Shown here piece after piece: positions 10,701 through 21,909 of a stretch of DNA of 64,000 bases (positions are counted from its first letter, which is position 1; each line of letters begins with the position of its first letter). Origin of the DNA: Setoptus koraiensis (Eukaryota; Animalia; Arthropoda); the NCBI GenBank assembly GCA_048013815.1, contig CM106586.1:10168001-10232000 (forward strand), in the 5' to 3' direction. A model generated the notes under the pieces. The model was not told the origin of the DNA. It did not search any database and saw only the letters and a list, made by a program, of their open reading frames with translations. The translations under genes were made by a program, and so were the position numbers.

Positions 10701-11349
10701 AAATCTCTATCTCTCTCTCTCTCTCTCTCTTCGGAAACTTATTGAACAAACTACAAAGGCTTTCATCATCACTATGTGTTCAATCATGAAACGGAATATC
10801 TCTAAAAGAGAGATGGAAATTATTAGGAGATAAAGAATAATTCAAATCCTGAGGAAGGTTTATCGAAAACAAAAAAAATATTAATAAAAAAAGCAAGCGT
10901 CGGAGTGATTCAGAGAAGCCAGCAGGAAATGACTCCCTGGGCGAATATGAAATCGTGGCATCAACACAGACAAGAAGAAATTTATCACTAACTAGTGAAC
11001 CGATAGAGAGAAAGTTGCCCCTTCCACCATGTCCATGTCTCGGCCTAGGATCTCAATATTTTTGGTCTGGGAACAAGGAAATTTATAAGCGAATACATGG
11101 CCATTACCCAATAAAGGTCGAAGTTGACCCCCGTTATTTCTCAAAATTTCATTGTATGAAGTGCACTCACTAGTATGTTCCTACAACTGTATATTGAAAA
11201 AAAAAAAATTGGAGAACATACTCGTTCTACTATTTTCGGATAATTTAATAAAATAACTGCCAATCTGCGTTATTGTTCGACGCTAGCAACCTGGTGAAAT
11301 ACTCTCTGCCGATAACATCACCCTGCATCGGGAATCCAAGTTCGATTGA

Positions 11350-13093
11350 CTATCGCAATTTTTTGAGGAACTCCTCCATTTCTGTGTTGATTATGTCTGC
11401 GTGACTTTGAAAAGAGTAATGGCCACCCGAGGTAAGTTTAACCACTTGAAAGCCGCTCTTTTTGTCAGTACCCTCCTTGATTAGATTGCCATTATCGTCA
11501 TAACAATTCACTTGGTCGCTTGTGATATTCAATCCATCCAGGACCATCTGGTAATATTGGCTTGGGATTAGTTTATCACGATCACCTATGACAATAAAAG
11601 CTGGAACATTTTTGCTAGTTATCAATCTATACTGACGTTCTAGATTCCAATGTTCTGAGTATCCAACACAACTAGCTGCAAGAAGTAAATTATCCAATTT
11701 ATCGGCTCGATTAACAATTCCTTGTGCACGCAAGAATAGAGATACTGTAAACTTCAAGATGGGCCTAAGAAAATCATGGTCATACAATTCGAGGAAGAAC
11801 ATGCGAACTCTCGTAACTTGCAGGTTCCTAGGTAGTATATGACCAGGATTGTTGAATAATCCGATCGCATCAATCTTTAGATATTGAGATTTTTCTAGCA
11901 ACTCCATCAACACGTAAACTGCGGCACTATGTCCAATGAGCATATGAATCCTTTTGGAGATCGAGGAAAGGAGATTGTAAAAAAATCAGTCGTTCGCAAT
12001 CTAAGTTGTTGATTAATTGTGATCAATTTTTTTAGAAAATATACCTAGTTAAATTTATAGCACGAAAAAAGTCCTCCAGATAATAATATCTTTCCTTGGT
12101 GCTATGGCGAAATTTATGAACTCTAGCAGAATAATCTTTAGAACGATAGAGAGAATTTATACTGATTATAAGAGTTTTTCGAAGTGATCTACGATGAGAA
12201 GTTCAAAATATCGCATTGGTCTCACCTGGAAAATTGGGCGCTACAACGCGATATCCTTTTTTGACAAAGTAAGTGATCTGGGCGGCAAAGTCTTTGTATG
12301 TTCCAGGGGCGCCATGAAGCATGACAATAACTTTCTGATCGTCATCAAAACCACGATCATCCTGTCTATGTTGGGAATCGTAATACTCAACATCGAAGTA
12401 AATACCATTCCTTGGCGCATATTTGTACAATCTAGGCTTGGTCTGTTGCCATTTCACATAAAGCCCGCGACAAGTATTGATACTTTGTCGCCTAACGCTC
12501 CTTGGGTCCAACTTCCATTGATCTTGCAATTTTTTCGTTTTGACTGAGTCATAATCTGAGTCGTCTTGACTTCCTTCAGAAGATCCAGTTGATCTAGTTG
12601 ATGCTTTATCTATATGAGTCATTGAGCTGCCACTGGAAATATGGAAGTAATTTGTTTGAAAAATATTAAGCTTTGTAAAGTTTGTGCCGACTTGGTGATC
12701 TCCAAACCTACATGTTGCTGATGATAGATAACTGTTGCTCAAAGTTGAATTGAATTGTCTTTTCCTCCTGGGAATTGAATGGAAGGGTAGGTAACAGGGC
12801 TCAATAAGTTTGGCGTGTGTCTCGTGATAATTGATAAAGGCCTTTTCGTCATACAAAATGTTCCTTTGCTTGTTGGCCTCCGCCTGTTCGATTGAGCCAG
12901 TAATAGAGCTCCGGTAACCTTTGCATAAAGTTAATGTTGGTTTATGCAACAACAAATGGATAGGACAACGTGGCCTAATGTATAGATAAAAACAGCACCT
13001 ATCATATAGGACTGTCATTCTTCTAGGTAACTGTATGACCGAGGTGGCGGAAATTTCCGACTTAACTATATTGTGAAACGCTGACGCAAACAT
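11350..13093 (-). CDS. Alpha/beta hydrolase (DUF1057-like), complement(join(11350..11950,12045..12135,12226..13093)), up to 519 aa
   Basis: Splicing gives VMLHGAPGTYKDF...RVVAPNFP|DYSARVHKFRHS...FRAINLT|RIHMLIGHSAAVY...IGDRDKLIP...GGHYSF, supplying the nucleophile Ser, acid and His. The start codon is uncertain. Confidence 0.8.
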
Positions 13094-14443
13094 GGTTGTG
13101 GACTAGAAGGCAGATGTGTGAGTAAAACTAGTTTTTATCCAATGATGAGTTCTGAAGTTCTAGGTTATGTTAAACAGAATATGCTAGAGCGGTTAGTTAT
13201 GCAGGGCCATCCTAGGAACCGTCTCACTGATTACTTTACAGCGTCTCTTCAGTAAACAGGTGGTGCTTGTACCTACTGTCATCACAATCTCCATAAGAAG
13301 TGCAAGTGTTGAGCATGAACAAAACTGGTGTCTTTTCAGGGATGCTTTGTATTGAGTGTCTGTTGATGAAAATTGTTCACGATTGGAAGAAAGAGTTGAT
13401 TTGAAGGGAAAGACGCAACTATCATTTTTTTTTTCTGGAGTTGGTTAGAATACAGATATACATGTGTATACATATGCATTTACGTGCAGTGATGTCACTA
13501 GTAACAAAGGCGAAATGTTAGCGAATATCACGACCGATATTCAAATCATCACAATGACGAATGAAGCATTCCATGATGCTATCATGATTGCCTCCGCGAG
13601 TCGCTTCTTTGCACTGTGCATCACCACAATACTGCCATTGCCCATTCCACTCGCACCCTCTCAAATTCTGTCCATTTCGTCGATCGATTTTATTCAAGGA
13701 ATTTGGCCGGCAGCAATCCGATATCAAACCTGAGCCGTAGGTCAACCATTCAATTGAGAGTTCCCTCTAATAATCCCTTATCCGGGATACGTTACCCCTC
13801 ACATCTTTCGAAATACATCTTGAAATGAGAAATGTGATGTCAGACGGATCCTTGTGAGATGGTGGCGACGTTTCATCGTAGAATCAAAACAAACAACTGT
13901 TTATTGAACAGTGTTCAACAAATTATGTTATTGACTCAAGCTTTTAAACTTTTCATAGAGAGGGCGTTCTGAACACTTGGGCTGGCTCCACTGCACAGTT
14001 AAACTCTCAAGCTAGCGCCCCTACATCGTGTACTCTAGCGGGCACAATTTGCGAAATTTTTTTCACTGCACCGACGTTCCATGGCAGTTCTAAATTGCTG
14101 CACTGCGCACAATCTGCATCTGCAGTGTGTCTTTATGCGCTACTTATATCTGCAGATAGACGTTGTTTTTAAAAATATTGTCCATTGGCAATGCTCGAGC
14201 ACATATGATCTACGAAGCAAGATTTATTCGTTCGGGTGTCGGTGTTTCGCACTTTAACTATAGATGAAATAATAACATTATCTAATATTATCACCCTTGA
14301 ACACAACGATTATTTAACCTCACTATATTATGAACATCCTTTGATTAGTTTTTTAATCAAAATATTATTATGAATTAAGGATCACCAGCATACCAAATCA
14401 AAAAGGGACTGTCAATACACTTGAAGACTTCATCAAACTTAAC

Positions 14444-17400
14444 ATGGGTAATCAAGTCACGACTTTGGGCCAAATTTACCCTGTTGAATATTATCTGGCT
14501 GACTATGGTAATGATCTTGTATTGGATGCTAGTCTGGGGTCTACGCGCTTTATGAAAGTAGCGAGAGTTAGGCATCGCGAAGCTGGCTATTGTGTAGCGA
14601 AGATATATGCAATACATGACGCCACATTGCCTATTAATGAGCATCGAGCAAAAATTGAACACATCAGAGATACATTAAGACAAAATGAGGAATTAAATGC
14701 TCTACCTTTCGTAAGATGTTACATAAATGAGAAATCGGTCATTTTACTCAGGCAATACATCAAATACAACCTTTATGATCGCCTATCAACTAGACCCTTC
14801 TTGACTTCCATAGAAAAAAGATGGATTGCTTATCAACTACTAAGATGTGTACAATTACTGCACAAGAAAAACATCTTTCACGGCGACATCAAGTCCGAAA
14901 ATGTTCTGGTTTCGTCGTTTTTGTGGGTATCAATAACGGATTTCGCCTCCTACAAGCCAGTAACGCTGCCTGAAAATAACCCATCCGACTTCTCATATTT
15001 TTTCGACACTTCTCGGCGCCAATGTTGTAATATGGCCCCTGAGAGATTTGTCGAGACAGCACCAAACGAGACAAACTATCAGCAATATCCTGAAGCAACT
15101 GATCAAAATGATGGTTATAATCAGCTGACTCCTCAAATGGATTTATTCAGTCTAGGGTGTGTTTTGGCAGAGCTTTTCTTGGAAGACAACGCTAACAGCT
15201 CTTTGTTTGATCTTGGTCAGATACTGATGTTTAAAAAGAACCAGTATGAACCTTCAAAGATAATTGAAAATGGTATATCCGATTCAAGGATTGCAAGGCT
15301 AATACTCAATCTTACTGATTTGGATAGTATGAAAAGAAATTCTGCGTCTTATCATCTCGATCAATCTACCCCTAGCTTGTTTCCTGCCTACTTTAACACA
15401 TTATTCAAGTACTTCACGAAGCTTATAACTCAAAGTCCTGACACAAAAATCCTATCTTTGACTGAGGACATCGATGCTTTGCTTACGGAGATAATAACTG
15501 AAGACGAGCATGGACTTTTACTACCACTAGTGTTAGTAACATCTACGTTGCGGACTTTGAGGCTTACACATGCCAAACTTATGGCACTTAAACTATGTGT
15601 ACGATTGGTGGAATCTTCGCCTCATATAATGTCAGAATATGTGATTGATAGAGTGTTACCGTATTTCATCTATATGATATCAAGTACAGACGCACAAGTT
15701 CGTTCATCAGCCATATCCTCCCTTAATATACTTCTGAAACATGTTGATCGGCTGCTACCCAGTGACGCTAATGTATTCATAGATTATATATTACCAAGTC
15801 TGTGTCCCCTTGTCTATGATAAGTCAGTGCTCGTAAGAATATCGCTAGCTTCAAATGTGGCTGACTTAGCAGAGACTTCGCAAAGATTCATGGATTTACC
15901 GTGTGAGAAGAACTTTGATCTCGAATTGACCCTCTTGCAGGAATCATTCCAAATGATAGTCAGCCATCTATTGACGGACCCAAACAATAATGTTCGCAGA
16001 ACGATATTAACTTCAAATATTTCGAAACTATGCTTGTTTTTCGGAAGAGAAAAGACTAATGAGGTCATTCTAAGTCACATAATTACATTTCTGAATGACA
16101 AGAGTGATTTCAGACTACGAGCCGCATTTTTTGATAATATCAACTGTGTGAGCACATATTTGGGGCCTTATTTTGCTGCAATCTTAAAACCTATAATGCA
16201 ACAAGGATTATCAGATAGTGAGGAGAGTATCATCTATAAATGTTTGACAGCGGTCTCCTCTATGACACAACTAGGTTTATTGAGCAAAAGTGTTGTGTAT
16301 GAACTTCACCAGGAGGCCGTGCCACTATTATCGTTCCCCAACAAATGGATAAGGAATGCAGCTATCAATTTTGTAGTAGTTCTAGCCAAAGTAGCTTCAA
16401 CTATCGATTTCAACAGAAAAATTCTACCTGCTATCAAGCTGCATATCAAGAGAGACATTCACGGACTAAAAGACGAGAGTGTTCTCCTTGATTCTCTGCA
16501 AGAACCCCTTCCTAGGCCTATCATAGAATCTATAATTTGTGACAATGGTGATATTGACAATATTTTTCATTCAATTTCAAAGAAGAAAATGTCCCGAAAC
16601 AGTCAACGCTTTAGTGGAGGCAAGCAGATGTCTGAAGACGAAGAAATTCTCGCTGGCCTAAGTAGACATTGTGAAGACAGGCTGATTGATTCTGAGTTGA
16701 TACTTCGACGGATTCATAAGAATAAGAGAGGTGCAGTTAACAAGATAGTCGAACCCACTATCAACATTCCCAAGCAAGATGCGCAAATCCAGAATACCTC
16801 CAAAGTTGAGCAAAGAATGTCCGCGACTTTATCTCTATCAAAGTCAACAAAGCCACGCGGTGTCCTATTAGCTCATTTGCATGAACACAAGGGTACTATA
16901 AACAAATTAATGCCAATTCCTGGGACTTCCATTTTCGCGTCTGCATCCAACGATGCCACCATAAAATTTTGGGATTGCACGGGACTTGGAACAAAGCCAA
17001 ACGTCTTATTTCGTTCCAAACAGACATATACAGCTCCAGATGCAGGTGCTATTAAGAAAATAGCATGTTGTCGAGGGTCAGATACTCTAATAGCCCTGAC
17101 TGATAGTAATAATCTTCATTTCTTGAAGCTTTACACACCCTCATTCAAATCAAGGCTACTGAGTAGTGCTCATGCGGGTAATGACACAATGATTGACTTA
17201 GTGGCCATTTCTCAATTCACCTATGCTTGCAGCTTAACCAATTCACGCATCACAGGGCATGATCTTAGATCTAGTAGCTCGATGCCAGTGTGGTCTATAA
17301 AAATGGATGGAAGTGAAGGACTCATTACATGCATAGATGGGGATGAGTATTGTCTTGCTTGTGGAACCTCATCATCTGTTATTGCATTGTTTGATCTAAG

Positions 17401-18085
17401 ATTCCTAATCAAAGCAACATCAATGAGCTATCCACCCTTCCAAGATAGAATAAGAAAACGCGTCAGGAACATTGTATTGTGTAATGACGAGATTTTTTGC
17501 TCTGTTGATGGTAATAATGAGGTGTCAACTTGGCATTGTGAGTCAGGCACGCGAACAAGAACTTTATGGGCAAGTACTGCCCCTTGTTTGTCCTCGACAC
17601 AATCTTCTCACCATTCTGTTCTCAATATGATAGTTGATACTAACGTAGATAAAAATAGCGTAATAACTGCTGGTACAGATATGAAGATCAGATTTTGGGA
17701 CCTAGTCAACCCCCATAGATCTTACATTATAAGTGGTCCATCTGTCGAGCTAAAACAAAATCAAACTAAAGGCAATCAGACATTAAATCTAGGTCATCCT
17801 AATGTCGTGTACAGTCAGAAACTAATCGAAGGCATACAAGTCATTCAAGAGTCAGATAGGAGCATCGTTCGCAATAACGATGGAAGCCAGAAATCACCAA
17901 CATCTGAAGGTTCTACGATGAGCGACTCTTTACCGGGATCATCCATCAACAATGGCCAATACTTATCAAATCAACCTGAGGTCTCGACCTCACATCACGA
18001 CTCGATTAGTGACATAGCGATCCTGGGGTCATCAGGCCTTTTGATCTCAGCGAGTAGAGACGGAGTCATCAAGATATGGAGATGA
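14444..18085 (+). CDS. PIK3R4: Phosphoinositide 3-kinase regulatory subunit 4 / Vps15, 1213 aa, intronless
   Basis: MGNQ N-terminus, LGSTRFMKVAR, LSTRPFL, HGDIKSENV, DFASYKP, FSYFFDTSRRQCCNMAPERF, HEAT region, AHLHEHK WD40 start and SASRDGVIKIWR end. Confidence 0.97.
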   Translation: MGNQVTTLGQIYPVEYYLADYGNDLVLDASLGSTRFMKVARVRHREAGYCVAKIYAIHDATLPINEHRAKIEHIRDTLRQNEELNALPFVRCYINEKSVILLRQYIKYNLYDRLSTRPFLTSIEKRWIAYQLLRCVQLLHKKNIFHGDIKSENVLVSSFLWVSITDFASYKPVTLPENNPSDFSYFFDTSRRQCCNMAPERFVETAPNETNYQQYPEATDQNDGYNQLTPQMDLFSLGCVLAELFLEDNANSSLFDLGQILMFKKNQYEPSKIIENGISDSRIARLILNLTDLDSMKRNSASYHLDQSTPSLFPAYFNTLFKYFTKLITQSPDTKILSLTEDIDALLTEIITEDEHGLLLPLVLVTSTLRTLRLTHAKLMALKLCVRLVESSPHIMSEYVIDRVLPYFIYMISSTDAQVRSSAISSLNILLKHVDRLLPSDANVFIDYILPSLCPLVYDKSVLVRISLASNVADLAETSQRFMDLPCEKNFDLELTLLQESFQMIVSHLLTDPNNNVRRTILTSNISKLCLFFGREKTNEVILSHIITFLNDKSDFRLRAAFFDNINCVSTYLGPYFAAILKPIMQQGLSDSEESIIYKCLTAVSSMTQLGLLSKSVVYELHQEAVPLLSFPNKWIRNAAINFVVVLAKVASTIDFNRKILPAIKLHIKRDIHGLKDESVLLDSLQEPLPRPIIESIICDNGDIDNIFHSISKKKMSRNSQRFSGGKQMSEDEEILAGLSRHCEDRLIDSELILRRIHKNKRGAVNKIVEPTINIPKQDAQIQNTSKVEQRMSATLSLSKSTKPRGVLLAHLHEHKGTINKLMPIPGTSIFASASNDATIKFWDCTGLGTKPNVLFRSKQTYTAPDAGAIKKIACCRGSDTLIALTDSNNLHFLKLYTPSFKSRLLSSAHAGNDTMIDLVAISQFTYACSLTNSRITGHDLRSSSSMPVWSIKMDGSEGLITCIDGDEYCLACGTSSSVIALFDLRFLIKATSMSYPPFQDRIRKRVRNIVLCNDEIFCSVDGNNEVSTWHCESGTRTRTLWASTAPCLSSTQSSHHSVLNMIVDTNVDKNSVITAGTDMKIRFWDLVNPHRSYIISGPSVELKQNQTKGNQTLNLGHPNVVYSQKLIEGIQVIQESDRSIVRNNDGSQKSPTSEGSTMSDSLPGSSINNGQYLSNQPEVSTSHHDSISDIAILGSSGLLISASRDGVIKIWR

Positions 18086-18372
18086 TTTTTGGTACTATAT
18101 CCTGTTTGTTCAAAGATAAAAGAACGTATGAATGTCTTTCAAATAGTTTGAAACAAATAGTTTGCAATTGCACAAATTTTATATAAGACTTTTATTGTTA
18201 ACTTTTTAGAACATCAATTACATCTGTAAGATGTTCGGTAACTTGGAAACGAAACAAATTGAATACTAAATTGTGGAATCAATATATCTTTGAAAGACTA
18301 CTTCTAGTGCTCCAATCGTTTCGGAAACATACTAGAAGGTTGATGAAATAGAATGATTGAATTGTTGAGTAT

Positions 18373-21300
18373 CTACTTGATAGATGAAGATGACGGCGGT
18401 TTATTCGGTACGAGGTGACTGAAAAATCTTTTCATTGTACGCCTCTTTGGGTTTCCTGGCTTTACAGGATGCTGCGAATGCTCTGGAGATTCTTGTTGAG
18501 ATGACAGAGATTGTTGGAACGTTGTAGTTGTTAAATTATTGCTAGTGTTGCTGCTCCCAGACGGTATCGATGATGCCGATGTCACATTAGACCTAGCCGT
18601 CGAAGATTGCGAGGATGTACATACATTTTTCTCATTAGAACTTGCGCCATCTAGGCTAGCATTACTAGTATCTGCCTCATCTGCAAATACCATCAATTGT
18701 TTAGCGTGCCTATCGACCATAGATTGGTGGGCAATTGGATTAGCCAGTGCGTCTGCTAGCTCTGAGAGAGTATCGGGGACGTAGTCGTTCACCTCAATCT
18801 TTACAAATAATGTCGGTAAGCTTAAAGGCTGATTAGATTCGTTTCTCAGAGAAAGGTGACGATAACCTGGTCTCAAGCCAACAAGCGGAAGTATCCTGTA
18901 ACCTATGCACTTTCCGCTATCGTCGAAGGCTGCTATTCTTAAACTGGCTAGGTCGGGTAATACTACTTTTTTGAATGTGAATGGCTCGTCATCATAGACA
19001 GGATTAATACCGTTAGCTGGGACAATTTTGGTTCTTCTTTTGCGCACAGTATCCGCGGGTAACCCATACATTTCAACTTCGACATAAGTTCCCACCCGCT
19101 TATCTGATAGAAACTGTCCCGATATCACCTTTATGTTGACAGTTCCCGCTATTATACCGTCCACGGTTGATTCGGTGAAAGGATCGAACGATCTATCCGA
19201 CCGTCTCATAAATTCAGGCTTGAGCAAGTAACCTGAGCGGCTGTTGTAATCGAATATACCCTGATTCAATTGCATGCCCAAATCTAGTGTCTGGAAATTC
19301 AGAGCAACCATTTGACAGCCTGCATTCCAGAACACCTGTGGCATGTAGTTACTAGAGTCCACTCTAGTGCCTCTAGGATAAATTCTTGTAAGTTGCTTCT
19401 TGTTTAGGCTAACAAAGTCAATAGGTCTTTCTTTCAAAAGGGACGTAGCGGCTTTCTCATCAAATGAGGATACTTCATAGCTCCTGCCCCTCCTCTCAGC
19501 CTCTTCAAAAGATTTGAACCTCACTGGTTGTATATAGACTACTAAAGCTGACATTTCAACTGCTGGCTCTGCCTCTTTAGATACAGGGGGAATGCTTATC
19601 TCTTGCTGGTTGGCTAGATCTAGATCATCATCTTTGATATGCTCGCCATTCACTGTAGCGTGAAGATCCTCACGATTTGAAATATCCCCAGACGGCAGAA
19701 GTTCCTCTTCCTCCGGGTCACTATCGTCTGATTCTAGCTCTTCTATATCACAAGCAGCAACTGTTGATGATGATCTTGACGATGGAATGAAAGACGTTTC
19801 TGTTTGTTGTAATTTGTTTTCAGTATCAACAATGTCGACGACAGTTGTAGTTGAAGTGGATGTTGCGACAGTTGGAGTAGTGGGGCTTAGTGGTATGTCC
19901 AATGAGTCATCAGTAGGTCTTGCAGTTGGAGACGTTGTAATGTCAGAATTGTTGGCATTAAATTCATAGTAATTATGTGTCGCAGTGGCACTGTTAGATG
20001 TCGAGTTACTACTACTATTGCTATCATTACTTCTAGTAACACTAACAGCTGTCTGACTTCCTTTGATAACAACTTGAGAACTCGCTTGATTGGATGAAGT
20101 ATAAGTTTCAACACCTGATGTAGTGCTGGAGCTTAATGAATGTTGTGGAGTTAAAGTGGATTGTTGCTGAGATGTCTGCTGAACCTGGTTGGATGAACTA
20201 GTATTTGTTGCATTGGGTTGCTGACTGATTGCTTGATTAGAATCAACCTGGCTACAACTATTGCTTGATGCGTTCACTAATGGTTCTGGCGATTGCGGTG
20301 AAGCTGTTGAAATTTCTTGTAGATACTTCTTATTCCGTTTATGATGTTTCTTCTTATTTTTGATAATTACTCTGCGCAACAATGCTTGTGGTGATGGCAA
20401 TAGCGTGTTCTGAGTTAGTGGATAATCAGGCAATGGGTCTGTCAAAAGAAGATCACCAAATATCTTTTTGCAGTAATTAACCATTTTAGCCTGTTGCTTA
20501 GGCGAACAATGATTCTCAAATGACAATATGACAGGATAAGGGCTTGTTTTAAATGCGCTTTCATTAATGGCCTCCAAAACTTCTATTAATGAAATCTCTG
20601 TAACGACTGTGTATCCATGCGTTATTATTGGCTCTTCATCAGGTGCTCTACCATTCCAGCAATCCAGTTCAATGCAGCGACAGCCAGCAAGCAAACATTG
20701 GCGATACATTTCAACAGAGGACTTGCCTGTTAGTTGATGGCCCGTGAGATAGGTATTGTGAGATGAATTAATAAAATAATGATTCAATGGTTGAGTCATA
20801 TCCATAGTGAGATCAAATTTATCTGGTGCCACAATTGCATTGTCATCGCTCATAAGATAACGAAGGAACCCATTGACTGAAATGTAACTTCGCCTGGCCA
20901 CTTCCTTATTAGGTTCGTATTGCATAATAAGATCCATACCTCGTTGCCTGTCGGCATAAGGATATAAAATTTCATTCAATCTTGGATCACGTTGATGTTT
21001 ATTAACAAAATTGACCAGACTATCTACGTGTATTAATTTGCCATGTTTACTATCTTTATAAGCGGCCTGATTCTCCTTGGGCTGATGACGGACATGGCCG
21101 ACATGACCACTTAAGGCACCAATAAAATTATGATGGCCACCACTTGATGTACCACCAGTTCCACTACCATCACGATGATTTGATGCAAATGAAGAAGTCA
21201 ATGATGTACTCCTACCACCACCAGAGCTACTATTACTAGAGGAAGTATTTGTGTGTCCTTGAAGTGCTTCTTGGTATAATTGATCAAATATGGCTTCAAT

Positions 21301-21909
21301 CTCATGGCGTTGCACTAGATTTCTATAGAATTGTATGAATTCATCTAGGCCAAATTTATCAATGTGAATAGTTTCATGTTTTGTTGATGGCAGATTAAGT
21401 GCGTCTAATGCACGTTCAACACGTTTCCTATCATCTTTATGTTGAGCAAACATTTTAATAATTTGTCTAACAGGCAATTTTCCATCACGATCAATCATTA
21501 ATGTTAATTTTGTATGTGCCTTTTGTAATGATGTCAATTGAGAGGCATTAATACCATAGATGTTATAAGCTATTTTCATAATATGATTAGTCCAGGCTTG
21601 TGCTCGTTCCTTTGAGCTACAACAAAAATTATAAAAATTAACATTAACTAATTCTGTGCCCCAAACAATAGTGACTGTCTTATCTTCCAATGGGTCAGTA
21701 CCAATATCAACTAAATTACGCAATTTTGCTTCCTTAGGCACACGTGCATATTTTCCTGTACGTGCATCCCTAATAGTTGCCACATCCAAGAATTGTATCT
21801 CACTATTTTGTGGTATCCAATAAATATAGAAGCCATTTGGGTCAGCCTTTAATGTAACTGGCGTGGCAATACCTGATTCCTCATCCCATTTAATAAATTT
21901 GTCGTTCAT
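18373..21909 (-). CDS. PLCB: Phospholipase C-beta, Plc21C/PLCB1-3 class, 1178 aa; coding region intronless, upstream exon possible
   Basis: PH (KFIKWDEESG), EF hands, X box (HYFINSSHNTYLTGHQLTGKSSVEMYRQ, ELDCW, ITHG, LSFENHC), Y box (RIYPRGTRVDSSNYMPQVFWNAGCQMVALNFQT), C2 and proximal CTD (YVPDTLSELADALANPI). HQLTG favours Plc21C over NorpA. Confidence 0.95.
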   Translation of the reverse strand: MNDKFIKWDEESGIATPVTLKADPNGFYIYWIPQNSEIQFLDVATIRDARTGKYARVPKEAKLRNLVDIGTDPLEDKTVTIVWGTELVNVNFYNFCCSSKERAQAWTNHIMKIAYNIYGINASQLTSLQKAHTKLTLMIDRDGKLPVRQIIKMFAQHKDDRKRVERALDALNLPSTKHETIHIDKFGLDEFIQFYRNLVQRHEIEAIFDQLYQEALQGHTNTSSSNSSSGGGRSTSLTSSFASNHRDGSGTGGTSSGGHHNFIGALSGHVGHVRHQPKENQAAYKDSKHGKLIHVDSLVNFVNKHQRDPRLNEILYPYADRQRGMDLIMQYEPNKEVARRSYISVNGFLRYLMSDDNAIVAPDKFDLTMDMTQPLNHYFINSSHNTYLTGHQLTGKSSVEMYRQCLLAGCRCIELDCWNGRAPDEEPIITHGYTVVTEISLIEVLEAINESAFKTSPYPVILSFENHCSPKQQAKMVNYCKKIFGDLLLTDPLPDYPLTQNTLLPSPQALLRRVIIKNKKKHHKRNKKYLQEISTASPQSPEPLVNASSNSCSQVDSNQAISQQPNATNTSSSNQVQQTSQQQSTLTPQHSLSSSTTSGVETYTSSNQASSQVVIKGSQTAVSVTRSNDSNSSSNSTSNSATATHNYYEFNANNSDITTSPTARPTDDSLDIPLSPTTPTVATSTSTTTVVDIVDTENKLQQTETSFIPSSRSSSTVAACDIEELESDDSDPEEEELLPSGDISNREDLHATVNGEHIKDDDLDLANQQEISIPPVSKEAEPAVEMSALVVYIQPVRFKSFEEAERRGRSYEVSSFDEKAATSLLKERPIDFVSLNKKQLTRIYPRGTRVDSSNYMPQVFWNAGCQMVALNFQTLDLGMQLNQGIFDYNSRSGYLLKPEFMRRSDRSFDPFTESTVDGIIAGTVNIKVISGQFLSDKRVGTYVEVEMYGLPADTVRKRRTKIVPANGINPVYDDEPFTFKKVVLPDLASLRIAAFDDSGKCIGYRILPLVGLRPGYRHLSLRNESNQPLSLPTLFVKIEVNDYVPDTLSELADALANPIAHQSMVDRHAKQLMVFADEADTSNASLDGASSNEKNVCTSSQSSTARSNVTSASSIPSGSSNTSNNLTTTTFQQSLSSQQESPEHSQHPVKPGNPKRRTMKRFFSHLVPNKPPSSSSIK

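Noticed and set aside
10795-10845. NISKR / ERWKLLGDKE resemblance to a Sox HMG box
   Set aside because: About 15 residues across a frameshift with stops; the upstream RPMNAF spacing does not fit.
13464-13733. LPLPIPLAPSQIL, reminiscent of a P-type ATPase M5-M6 segment
   Set aside because: Isolated 89-aa ORF with no other ATPase motifs or joinable exons.
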